Notes: generated by a model from the sequence alone, not told the origin. Shown: positions 8,817 to 17,097, numbered from the stretch's first letter. The stretch is DNA of 19,983 nt from Myxococcota bacterium (GCA_044344255.1 JBIJDH010000051.1:1-19983), one strand, 5' to 3'. Numbers and translations: made by a program.

Positions 8817-9997
8817 GCCAGCTCGACCGCCTGCGCCGGCCCGACTTCGAGCGGCTCCTGTCGCGGGTGCGCGACGCGGTGGAGCGCTCGGGCGGCGAGA
8901 TCGGCGAGGGTACTGTCAGCCTGTCGGGGGCGACGGAGGCGGAGCGGGAGGCCCTCGGCGGACTGCTGGGGCGCACGGTCCGGTCGGCGAGCCCGCGGGT
9001 CCGCCTCGCCGACCTTGACGACCGCTTTCGCGCCGGGCCCCTGGCGGTCGGCCTCGTCGACATCATCGAGCGGCTCGGCGGGCCGTTGCGGAACCGTCCA
9101 GAAGAGCGTGCCGAGGCCGCCGAAAAGACCGCCGCCGCCCTCGACGGCCTGCGTGCCTCCCCCATTGCACGGGAGCCCTGGTTCGAGTCGTGGCTGCGCG
9201 CGCTCCGCCAGGACGGCCTCCTTGCCCGCGCTATCGAAGACGGCTCCCTCGCCCTGGCCGGCCGCATTCTCGCGGTGCTCCCCGCGCCGGGCCTCCCCAT
9301 CGCGCAGTTCGCCGTCCAGCAGACTGGCGACACCAAAGCGCTCGGCCCGGGCCCACTCGCCACCCTCGTGCTACGCGCCCTCGCCGAGCAGCAGGCCGAG
9401 CCGCGCCCAAGAGACGCCGAGTCGCGCCGTCGCCTATGGGACCGCGCGGGCGTCGTCGTCGACGACCTCGCCTCGCAGGTGCTGGTGCTCGGGATCGCCG
9501 GCGCCCGGGGGAGCCCCCTCGCGACCTGGTGCACCGCCGCCGCCGAGGACCGCGTCCCGTTGCGCCTCACGCTGCACCAGCTCCGCCGCTATTGCCTGGA
9601 GGTGCCCCCCCAGCCCGTTTTCGTTTGCGAGAACCCGGCGATCTTGCGCGCGGCGGCCGGCCGCCCGGGGGCCATGCTCGTCTGCACAGAGGGGAACCCC
9701 TCCACCGCCTGTATGGAGCTCTTGCGCCGCTGCCACGGCCCGATGCGCGCGCGGGCGGACTTCGACCCCGCCGGCCTGCGCATTGCGACGGCGCTTGTCC
9801 GGCGCTTCGGCGCCCAGCCCTGGCGCATGTCCGCGGCCGACTACCTCACCGCTCCGGGCGGCCCCGAGCTCGGGGAGGGCTGCCCCGACGCCCCCTGGGA
9901 CCCTGAGCTCGGCCCCGCCATGCGCGCCCGACGGCGCGTGGTTTACGAGGAGGAGCTTACGGAGCTCCTGGTCGGCGACATCGCCTTTGGTGGGTAA
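8813..9997 (+). CDS. jetD: Wadjet type II JetD, TOPRIM nuclease (TIGR02679; DUF3323+DUF2399-like)
   Basis: GTG 8813 overlaps the jetC stop (GTGA). Motifs include GDTKAL, RR.LW...GV..DDL.S.VL, VFVCENP (catalytic E), LVCTEG.P, DFD..G..I (TOPRIM DxD), PWRM...DY, PWDP.L and VYEE. Confidence 0.9.
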   Translation: MSQLDRLRRPDFERLLSRVRDAVERSGGEIGEGTVSLSGATEAEREALGGLLGRTVRSASPRVRLADLDDRFRAGPLAVGLVDIIERLGGPLRNRPEERAEAAEKTAAALDGLRASPIAREPWFESWLRALRQDGLLARAIEDGSLALAGRILAVLPAPGLPIAQFAVQQTGDTKALGPGPLATLVLRALAEQQAEPRPRDAESRRRLWDRAGVVVDDLASQVLVLGIAGARGSPLATWCTAAAEDRVPLRLTLHQLRRYCLEVPPQPVFVCENPAILRAAAGRPGAMLVCTEGNPSTACMELLRRCHGPMRARADFDPAGLRIATALVRRFGAQPWRMSAADYLTAPGGPELGEGCPDAPWDPELGPAMRARRRVVYEEELTELLVGDIAFGG

Positions 9998-10370
9998 TCG
10001 GCGAATGCTCTTCAGGCCGGAGTGCAGGCGCATGGCTGGCGGCCGCGGCCACACGAGCGCTTCACTCCTGGCGGCGGTGGACCGTTCGTCCTTGCCCTAC
10101 TCCCATCCAAGTCAGAGACCGACCCGGTGACCTTGGGCTTACCCAGGAGAGGACCCCATGGACACCGTCCAGGTTAAGGATGAGCTCCGCACTGCCCTGA
10201 CCGCCCACCCCTGCCACGCTGGCGCCGGGTATCCAGACGAGGTCGCGGCCATCGCCTAATATAGCGCCGATCAAGTAGCCCCAAGGGGCGATTGACAGCC
10301 GCCGGCGGCTGTGATGTATCCACGCGGTCATCGCATCTCCCGCCGCGGCCGTCACCGGGTAACGGAGCGT

Positions 10371-10588
10371 TTACCCGGGGGGAGCCCTTTCTCGGGCGAA
10401 TCGCCAGCTGAGCGGGGTGAGGAGAAGGAGGCGGTTGGCGGGCCACGAGGAGACTTTGGGGAGGACATCGACGAGGTAGGCCCAAGGTTCGACGCCTTGG
10501 AGCATGCAGCTCCCGATGAAGGTGAAGCAGGTGGCGGCGGCCACCGCTCCTCCTTCCGAGTCGGCGAAGATCCAATTTTGCGCCCGCC
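10371..10588 (-). pseudogene. tnpC: IS66 transposase TnpC C-terminal fragment
   Basis: GRK(N)WIFADSEGG...AA..F..I.SC...GVEP.AYL.DVL...WP.NR...LTP..W matches the IS66 transposase C-terminus. There is a 1-nt frameshift at about 10577. Confidence 0.85.
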
Positions 10589-10918
10589 AACGACCTGGCG
10601 GAGCCACGCGAGGTCTGCGCCGGCGGCGACGTCGATGGACACTCGACTGTCTCGAAGGCCCACACGAAGGTAAGGAGGCGCAGTGCGAGGCGAACAGACC
10701 TCGAGCTCAACGAAGGCGGTGGCCGGCGGACCGCTCGCGGCCTCGAGCGGAGGTCGCCGAGCCGCTCCCCGACGGAGCTGCGAGCGCCACCACGTCAACG
10801 TAGATGGGTTGACGTCGACCGAGGCCGCGAACGCGTGAACGGGGAGACCCGAGCGCTCGAGGTCCGACACCGGGCGTCTCCAGCGGTCGGTGGTCGAGGG
10901 GGAGGGGGTAGACGACAT
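10589..10918 (-). pseudogene. tnpA: IS66 accessory protein TnpA (OrfA)
   Basis: W.......ERSGL....FA......STL.WW...L, FVELEV and I.V..G.D...LRQVV, with GGAGG upstream. The natural stop has been lost by deletion. Confidence 0.8.
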
Positions 10919-10993
10919 CGGGCGGCACCTCCGCCCTGGTCATCACCTGGGGGTGACCCCCGGGGGAGATGTCTTCGCCGCGTGGATACGTCT

Positions 10994-11047
10994 TACCCGA
11001 CAACGTCGCCTGTCCCCCGGGTCTTTGGAAGGGGTCAGCGCGAGGAT
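10994..11047 (+). repeat. Dispersed 54-bp repeat, copy 1
   Basis: TACCCGACAACGTCGCCTGTCCCCCGGGTCTTTGGAAGGGGTCAGCGCGAGGAT aligns to 18582-18635 with 4 mismatches and 2 single-base gaps. Confidence 0.85.
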
Positions 11048-11069
11048 ATGTCACATTCTCTTTCGGGGG

Positions 11070-11846
11070 ATGATACGATCGGGCGCGTGTTGGCTGAAGT
11101 CGGACGCGGGAGAAGGCCGCTTCCCTCAGCATGGCGCGGTCGTGGAGCCGCTCGAGTTACGCCGCCTTCTCCCAAACGAGGTCGATGTGCAGACACTCAG
11201 GCAGTCCCTTAAGTATCGGTTGGCCGCGATGTTCAACGGCCAGCTACCACCGGCAGGCTTCCAGCCACATGGAACTGCGCTCGCGATGGCGCTGGCGCAC
11301 GATCTCGGAGGAGTGCCTGGGAATCCTGCGCGGTTCCTGTCGGGGGCACCCCACGACGCGGCGACTCGGAAGCTACTGTCGCGCCACGGTGTGGACTATC
11401 GCCATCGCGAGTGGTTGTTAGACTTCGTAGTCTTCGAACCTCATGGTATGCTGGTTGAAATACCGGTGCTTGCGTGTGAATCTGAGGTACATCCGGCCCA
11501 CGGAGTTGAATACTCTTTCGACTGCTGGCCAGATTCGAACAGCCCAAAGAATGGCTTTGTCTGGGACTTCCGGAAGCTCCTCTTCGTCGCAGCCCCACAG
11601 CTCCTCTTCATCGCCCGTGTGAACAAGGAGCAAGGTGACGGAAAGTTCTCGCGTCTCCTCAGGTTGAAGAAGACGATCACGGCGTGTGCGCTGGACTACG
11701 CGGCTGCATGGTCGGGAAGGACTCTCCGCGCTGTCCTCCTTCCCAACGGGGCCACTGAGGGTGACTGGGCGTTGCTCGGTGTGTCTGGCGAGGGGGGTGC
11801 AGTGCACTGGGAGTGGTTGAACCACCCGCTTGAGCCGGTGCCGTAG
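11070..11846 (+). CDS. Hypothetical protein with a possible PD-(D/E)XK restriction-endonuclease-like fold
   Basis: EWLLDFVVF...VLACESE...WDFRKLL...LLFI pattern. The start is uncertain (ATG 11070 or GTG 11142), and the ORF-track extension to 10890 lies inside IS66. Confidence 0.55.
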   Translation: MIRSGACWLKSDAGEGRFPQHGAVVEPLELRRLLPNEVDVQTLRQSLKYRLAAMFNGQLPPAGFQPHGTALAMALAHDLGGVPGNPARFLSGAPHDAATRKLLSRHGVDYRHREWLLDFVVFEPHGMLVEIPVLACESEVHPAHGVEYSFDCWPDSNSPKNGFVWDFRKLLFVAAPQLLFIARVNKEQGDGKFSRLLRLKKTITACALDYAAAWSGRTLRAVLLPNGATEGDWALLGVSGEGGAVHWEWLNHPLEPVP

Positions 11847-12134
11847 GCTGTACTGGCCCAGCGTGGTCACGCCTCTTGGGTCAACAACGTAACGAATCAG
11901 TTGCCGGGCAGCGTGGCGGTGGTAGGGACCCTCATAGGGGGGCGCTCGCGGGCGGCTTCCTCGGCGGCATCACGCGATTGGCTCATGTCTCCCGAGCGGC
12001 CGCGGGCCTGGTGTGAGAAGGCGGACAATCGGCTCCATCTCCAGGGAGCAATCGGATCCGTCCCCGCAGGCAACATAGACCGACGTGAGGCGACAGGATG
12101 CGCTTGCAGCGGCAGTGACTCTGGGGGCCTCTCT

Positions 12135-13016
12135 CTACCGCCCCACGAAGCCCTTCCCATGCGGCCGGCTCCCGTCCACGTCAGGCAGCCCGAGCAGGAA
12201 CACGGCCCCCGGCTTGTGGTTGCCGTAGGCCTCGAACACGAATTCGGGCCAGTAGCGTGGGGAGAGCCCGTGCTTCATCAGCGTCGGGTAGGCGCGGAAG
12301 GGATCTGTCGAGTCCATCCGGCTCAATGTCCGATCGAGGTACTCCTCCCACTCCGAGGGTGGGGACCACAGGACGTACGGCGTGGTGAAGACCAAGCTCG
12401 GCCGGCCATCCGCCGGCGACGGCAGCACACGCGCGAACCAGAGCTCGCCTCGGGTTCCCGGGTAGCCGGCGGGCACGACGCACTCCCGGGTGTCCCCCAT
12501 GATCCCTTCGCGGAGGATGGTTGTCCCGTCCCCGTGGCCGAGCACCGTCCACAGTCCCATCCGGCTCGCCGCGAAGGCTCGCATCGTCGAGATGAGCCCG
12601 GCGTCGACGCCGAGGGCGGCGACCACGTCGATGGTGCATTCCGCGGCGGTCTCCTTGGCCGGGCCGATGGTGAGGTCGCAGTAGGCCCAGCCAAAGAAGT
12701 ACGTGCCGGTGAGAGGGCTCATCGGCGGTCCCGTCGGCGTGTACTCGTCCTCGGCGGCTGCGATCTCTTTCGCGATCCGCTTTGCTTCCGGCAGACCGAG
12801 CACCTGTTCTGCGAACATCGAGAGGTTGTGCTGGACCAGAGACCAGTAGGCGTGGACGGGGTGCAGCTCGTCGGCCTGGGCCCTGGTCATCATGGTGGCC
12901 TGCAGCTCGCGGGCGGCCTCACCGCCGTCGCGGAACGCCGCCAGGTCGACGACCTGCGATCCCTTGGTGCGGAGGGCCGTGCGGATGAGGCGCTCGGTGA
13001 TGGGTCCACGTGGCAT
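12135..13016 (-). CDS. Hypothetical protein (293 aa)
   Basis: Protein-like composition with conserved-looking motifs EDEY.P.GPPMSPLT..YF, SRMG, GELW.ARVLP, TTPYVL, LMKHG...YW.EFVF.AY and L.GLPD...SRPH. Its start overlaps the upstream gene's stop (TGATG). Confidence 0.8.
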   Translation of the reverse strand: MPRGPITERLIRTALRTKGSQVVDLAAFRDGGEAARELQATMMTRAQADELHPVHAYWSLVQHNLSMFAEQVLGLPEAKRIAKEIAAAEDEYTPTGPPMSPLTGTYFFGWAYCDLTIGPAKETAAECTIDVVAALGVDAGLISTMRAFAASRMGLWTVLGHGDGTTILREGIMGDTRECVVPAGYPGTRGELWFARVLPSPADGRPSLVFTTPYVLWSPPSEWEEYLDRTLSRMDSTDPFRAYPTLMKHGLSPRYWPEFVFEAYGNHKPGAVFLLGLPDVDGSRPHGKGFVGR

Positions 13017-13351
13017 CAGGAGCCTCCGGCTCGGCGGGCCACGAGGCCGCTCTCGTCTCCCATGTGGAAGCAGATGGACCCCTTGATGCGGTCCGTCCCC
13101 GCGAGCTTCGCGTGGCCGCGCCCGCTCACCTCGTCACCCTCGTCGCTGCCCTGGAACGTGAAATCCACAGCCGCCCCGGTCTTGCCCTTCGCTCGGCAGT
13201 CCAACCAGCGGTTTGCGCAGATGAACGCCATCTCTCCACCGTGCTCGGTGAAGGTGATGTGATCTTGCTCGACGAGGTTGATGGCGTCGAGCTCCCACAG
13301 GTCCATTGATTCAATGTCCCAGCGGCCGACGAGATTGGGAGGCGTTGGCAT
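13016..13351 (-). CDS. Small hypothetical beta-rich protein (111 aa)
   Basis: GRW.I..M.LW, F.F.G.DEGD.VSGRG.A and G.I.FH.GDES pattern. Coupled to the 293-aa gene. Confidence 0.75.
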   Translation of the reverse strand: MPTPPNLVGRWDIESMDLWELDAINLVEQDHITFTEHGGEMAFICANRWLDCRAKGKTGAAVDFTFQGSDEGDEVSGRGHAKLAGTDRIKGSICFHMGDESGLVARRAGGS

Positions 13352-13479
13352 GGCCTGCGGGTATCACCGGGAGACCCAGCAGGCAGGCCCCGAAGCGGGT
13401 GGCGCCCCCGCCTGGATGGTTCTTCGCCTTCTTGCGGTCAGAGCGCATCTGGATAGTATCGGCCAATCCCGGAGATCGA

Positions 13480-14313
13480 ATGCGACCGAGTACGAAGACC
13501 CCGCCCTCCGCCACCGGCAAGAAGGCCCCGGCTCCCGCGACCCCCGCAGCAGCCCCGGCCCCGAGTCGCCGCAAGGCGAAGGAGGCAACCACCGCCCTCG
13601 TCGGGGCCTCCGGCGCGGCGGCAGCCTACACGGAGGCCGGGATGGGCCTTCCTGGAGAAGCCGAGGTGGACAGCGCCCTCATCTCCAAGGCGGTGTTTGA
13701 AATTAACCGGTTTTACTCGGCACAGGGCTTGGAGACGGCTCGGGCCATCGGCCAGTACGTGATCGACACCTTTTTCGGCGGGAGCCTGGAGGTCTTCCAT
13801 AAGCGAGACGGAGGACACCTGTCGTTCCGGGCCCTCGCCAAGCACGATGACCTTCGCGTCTCCTACTCCTGGCTCCACAATGCGGTTGCGGTCGTGGAAC
13901 AGTGGGATCTCCTGCCGGAGGACATTCGGAGCGCGCTGCCGTTCACCCACCAGAAGCTGCTGCTCCCGGTCAAGGACACCGAGGTGAAGGTCCGGCTCGC
14001 GCGGGAGGTGGTGGAGAAGGACATGGCGAAGGAAGCCCTCGCGAAGAAGATCCAGAAGCTCCGCGCAAAGGAGGAGGGCACGAAGGCCGGGCGGCCGGTG
14101 CTGCCGACCTTCGTGAAGGGCCTGACCAAGCTCCGCAAGGCGATCGAGGAGGCGACCAGCGACACGGTAACGGTGGAGGCGTTTTCCAAATACACGCCGA
14201 AACAGGCCCGGGACCTCCTGGAAGATGTCGGTCAGGAGCTCAAGTCCCTCCAGGAGATGTTCGACCGTGTGCGGGCTGTGGCGGACGAGTACGAGGCGTC
14301 GGTCCAGAAATAG
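13480..14313 (+). CDS. Hypothetical helical DNA-binding protein, DUF1016-N (YhcG-N)/ParB-HTH-like, with C-terminal coiled coil
   Basis: ATG 13480 with GGAG at 13471-13474. Pro/Ala/Lys-rich N-terminal tail, IG.Y motif, and LPFTHQKLLLPVKD...K..LA.E......EAL.KKI resembling the DUF1016-N L.W.H...LL.V.D motif, followed by GRP. Confidence 0.6.
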   Translation: MRPSTKTPPSATGKKAPAPATPAAAPAPSRRKAKEATTALVGASGAAAAYTEAGMGLPGEAEVDSALISKAVFEINRFYSAQGLETARAIGQYVIDTFFGGSLEVFHKRDGGHLSFRALAKHDDLRVSYSWLHNAVAVVEQWDLLPEDIRSALPFTHQKLLLPVKDTEVKVRLAREVVEKDMAKEALAKKIQKLRAKEEGTKAGRPVLPTFVKGLTKLRKAIEEATSDTVTVEAFSKYTPKQARDLLEDVGQELKSLQEMFDRVRAVADEYEASVQK

Positions 14314-14323
14314 CGCGTCTGCT

Positions 14324-14339
14324 GTTACCCCGGGGTAAC
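14324..14339. promoter_or_regulatory. Perfect 16-bp palindrome, candidate protein-binding site
   Basis: GTTACCCC-GGGGTAAC, 10 bp after the stop at 14313. A TTGACA hexamer follows at 14351-14356. Confidence 0.45.
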
Positions 14340-14658
14340 TGGCTCCCCCCTTGACAGATGGGTGTTGCCCGCCGTTGGAATCCATGTGCAGATTGTGTTG
14401 GTGTGCCCTCCGCGAGGGTGACGACGAGGGGCAGCCCCTGGACATTGTGCCCGCTCATTGTGCTCTTCCGGGCTGCCCAGCGCACCTCGTTTAGCCCGGA
14501 TCGGCTGGATTGCCCGAGCGCAGTGCGTCAGTCCGCTTCGATGGCGATCGCCTCCGACCTTGTGGAGGCGATCAAACAGGCATGTCTCGGCGCTCGCCGG
14601 GCGTTGCCCTCCCAATCGGTTACCTTGTGAGCCCGTGCCAATTCAGGAGGGCCTCGCG

Positions 14659-15382
14659 TTGCGCCACTTATCGATTCTCACCGTTGTGGTTTTTGCAACA
14701 GCTTGCCCGCCTCACGTCCGTCGCAACCCCAAACAAGAGGCCTCTGAGGAGTTTTCGTCATGCGGGGAGTTGCCACCCAATTCCGTCACTGAGGAGCAGC
14801 AGAAGACGGTATCTACGCTGCTGGGTATCAAGGTACCTGGTCGCGTCAACGCAGGACTGGATGTGAATGTGGATGACCGCGTCAAGAACGCGGTCATCCT
14901 TGTCTCAGGAAGTCAAATGGCGGAGGCGTGGTTTTTGACTTTTGCTTGCCGACAACATGCGACGGGGCAGATTCCAGACGATCAGTATCGGGCGATCGTA
15001 AGGGATGCACACTCTGCTTTTTGCAGAATTGAAGCAGATTAATCCGGTGGTGCCCGCCCCTCCAATCGAGTGTCCGTTCATGGGCATCAAAACTGTGAAG
15101 GCCGAAGTCAACGAATGCAAGGTCAATGCACGTTTTGAAGTCAAGGGCCAGGTTCCGGACGATCTCATCGTCCAACTGGACCGCTCATATGGAGCCGGCA
15201 GTACCTATTTAGCTGCTGAAATTAGAGGCATGGCCGACGGGCTGTCAATCTCGGGGGAGTCCGTTGGCAATGGCGTGCGACCACGCCTGACGGTTTCGTG
15301 GGTTGGCTGCAATGATCCGCAGAGGTACTCCGGAGGACCGGTCAAAGGAACTCTCGAGGCTCAGACCAATCCCTGCAACTGA
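14659..15382 (+). pseudogene. Putative lipoprotein split by a frameshift (14659-15042 and 15005-15382)
   Basis: AGGAGG at 14645-14650, TTG start and signal peptide MRHLSILTVVVFATA-C. Two overlapping frames switch near 15000-15040. GC is visibly lower than in the flanks. These could instead be two overlapping genes. Confidence 0.5.
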
Positions 15383-15481
15383 GGACACGCCTGAGTAGTG
15401 CCCGTGTCTCGCCATGCGGTGTCCCCAAATTCCGCTGCTGGCGTGGGCGGCTCGAGGCGTGCCAGGAGGCGGCTCTTGAGA

Positions 15482-15676
15482 CCGCGGTCGATTCGGTGGC
15501 CCTGCTGTCCGATGGCAGTGGACCTCCGATCTCCTAGTGGCGTTCTGCCGAAAGCGACTCCGCTGCTCGATAGATCTGCTCACCCGGTCACGCCTCGTTC
15601 ACCCGATCAGTTTGGCCGCCCCAACGGCGGTCACTTTGGCCGCCCCGCGCGCTATTGCTTAGGCTGGTCTGTGACA
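15482..15676. mobile_element. Second IS21-family-like terminus (body to the left, no transposase seen)
   Basis: The same 18-bp repeats occur at 15605-15622 and 15629-15646, followed 30 bp later by TAGGCTGGTCTGTGACA, which is nearly identical to 109-125. Confidence 0.7.
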
Positions 15677-15728
15677 GGTTCGGCGAGGTGACCCGGGGTC
15701 CAGAGCGAAAGCTTGAACGCCGACTTCA

Positions 15729-16949
15729 ATGAACCGGATCAAGTGGGGGAGTCCCGAAGTGCATCATTGGAAGCGCCCTCTCGCTCGAGGCCCTCGGATG
15801 CCGCGCGCCCCTGAGTGGTTCACGGGGACTCTCCGGCAGTTCGTCGATGAACACCTCGCGCTCGCGCTCCCGAATCCGGAGGCGGTGATCGCGTGGCACG
15901 AGGCGGTGGCTGCGCACGCCCACACCCCGGGGTCGGTGTTTCTCGTCCGTTCGACCTCGGGGTTCAAGCAGGAGGACGAGACGGCCACCGAATTGGGCCG
16001 CCAACTTCGGATGACCGACAACGCGCCCCCCTGGTGGATCCATGCCACCGCGTTCTCGGGGGCTGCACCACCCGTCGGGGGCCTCGCGTCGATCCTCGGT
16101 GACGTGTGGTGCTGGATGTTCCGGGCGCACAAAGGAAGCACCGCCGGTCCGGGGCACGCGAGCGGGGCAGGTTGGTACATCGCCCACGTCCTCCGCGCGA
16201 AGCCAGAGGGAGACGGACCGCCCGAACGGTGGGACGAAGTTACCGCTCGACGGCGGTTCATCCGCAACTTCTCTCCGTTGAACCAGTTCCTCGTGCCGAA
16301 GGGTAGCGGGGCGGACGTTGGTGAACGAGCGGCCGTGATCGCCACGATCGCCGACTGGTACAAGGCCCGCTATGGCACGGTGTTTGACCGGTTCCTCGAG
16401 GATGCCGGTGTGAGGCCGGGCGAGATTGGCCGCCCGTCGTGGGACGCGATCGTGGGGATGCACGCCCCCCCTTTGGAACCAAGGACCTCGTCGCCCATGG
16501 CCCCGCGGCTGTCCGCGTCCCCCCGCACTACCCCTTCAACGACACGGACCATGTCGCCGTGCTGGTCGAGCGTTCTCGCCGGAGGGCGCGGGAACCCGAG
16601 GGCCGGCATCCTCGATGCAGCGCCCGATGCCAGAGCTCGGCTCCGATCTCTCACCGCCGGGCTCACCGTCGAGGGGCTTGTCGGCGTCGCGAACGCCCTG
16701 TTCAACCGCTGCGACCCGCCCGATGTGGCGGCAGCAGCTCCCGGCGACAAGGCCCGGCAGGCCCAGCTCGCCTGGTCGTACCTCGAAGCGGCGAAGGCGA
16801 GCCCGACCCTCGGCGGTAAGTGGGCGAAGGCAGTGCGCGCGCTCGACGGCGGCTCCGCCGAAGGAATCGCCGCCCTTGCAGTACTCGACCTCGACGGCTT
16901 CGTCATTGCCGCGCTGCGGATCGTGTCTCAGGTCTATCGGAAGGTGTAG
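15729..16949 (+). CDS. Hypothetical protein with a possible HNH/His-Me-finger-like N-terminal domain, Pro/Ser/Thr linker and helical C-terminal domain
   Basis: DN.PPWW.H, GWYIAHV and RRRFIRNFSPLNQFLVPK. The spacing of H...P.N is compatible with a ββα-Me fold. Alternative start at ATG 15798. Confidence 0.55.
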   Translation: MNRIKWGSPEVHHWKRPLARGPRMPRAPEWFTGTLRQFVDEHLALALPNPEAVIAWHEAVAAHAHTPGSVFLVRSTSGFKQEDETATELGRQLRMTDNAPPWWIHATAFSGAAPPVGGLASILGDVWCWMFRAHKGSTAGPGHASGAGWYIAHVLRAKPEGDGPPERWDEVTARRRFIRNFSPLNQFLVPKGSGADVGERAAVIATIADWYKARYGTVFDRFLEDAGVRPGEIGRPSWDAIVGMHAPPLEPRTSSPMAPRLSASPRTTPSTTRTMSPCWSSVLAGGRGNPRAGILDAAPDARARLRSLTAGLTVEGLVGVANALFNRCDPPDVAAAAPGDKARQAQLAWSYLEAAKASPTLGGKWAKAVRALDGGSAEGIAALAVLDLDGFVIAALRIVSQVYRKV

Positions 16950-17069
16950 CCACGACTCGAATATGCCTCTTCAGTGGCCCAGGATGGCCCGAGGCCCGCG
17001 TGCCGCACCAAGCGGCGCACCTGAAGCCACCGCTGGGGCGCGACCGCTCCCGCCTGAACTGCGGCCACA

Positions 17070-17097
17070 GACCGGTAGACCGAGCCCCCTACCGGTC
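17070..17097. terminator. Hairpin between convergent genes
   Basis: GACCGGTAG (17070-17078) / CTACCGGTC (17089-17097), overlapping the HNH stop codon. There is no U-tract. Confidence 0.3.

Larger units (their letters stand above)
10309..10996 (-). mobile_element. Internally deleted IS66-family element (about 690 bp, non-autonomous)
   Basis: Imperfect terminal inverted repeats share GTATCCACGCGG (10316-10327 / 10978-10989) and CATCTCC. The end at 10996 begins GTAAG on the minus strand, as in IS66. The element encloses tnpA fused to the tnpC tail. Confidence 0.8.

Noticed and set aside
10997..11100. Integron attC site
   Set aside because: The CAAC...GTTG boxes are not properly complementary, there is no extended stem, and no integron integrase is seen.
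11901..13262. 453-aa plus-strand ORF
   Set aside because: It is antisense to two better-supported minus-strand genes.
14340..14356. TGGCTCCC as a second att core, or CCCCTTGACA as another transposon end
   Set aside because: The matches are only 8-10 bp (to 1334-1341 and 18038-18047), without att arms or the internal 18-bp repeats.
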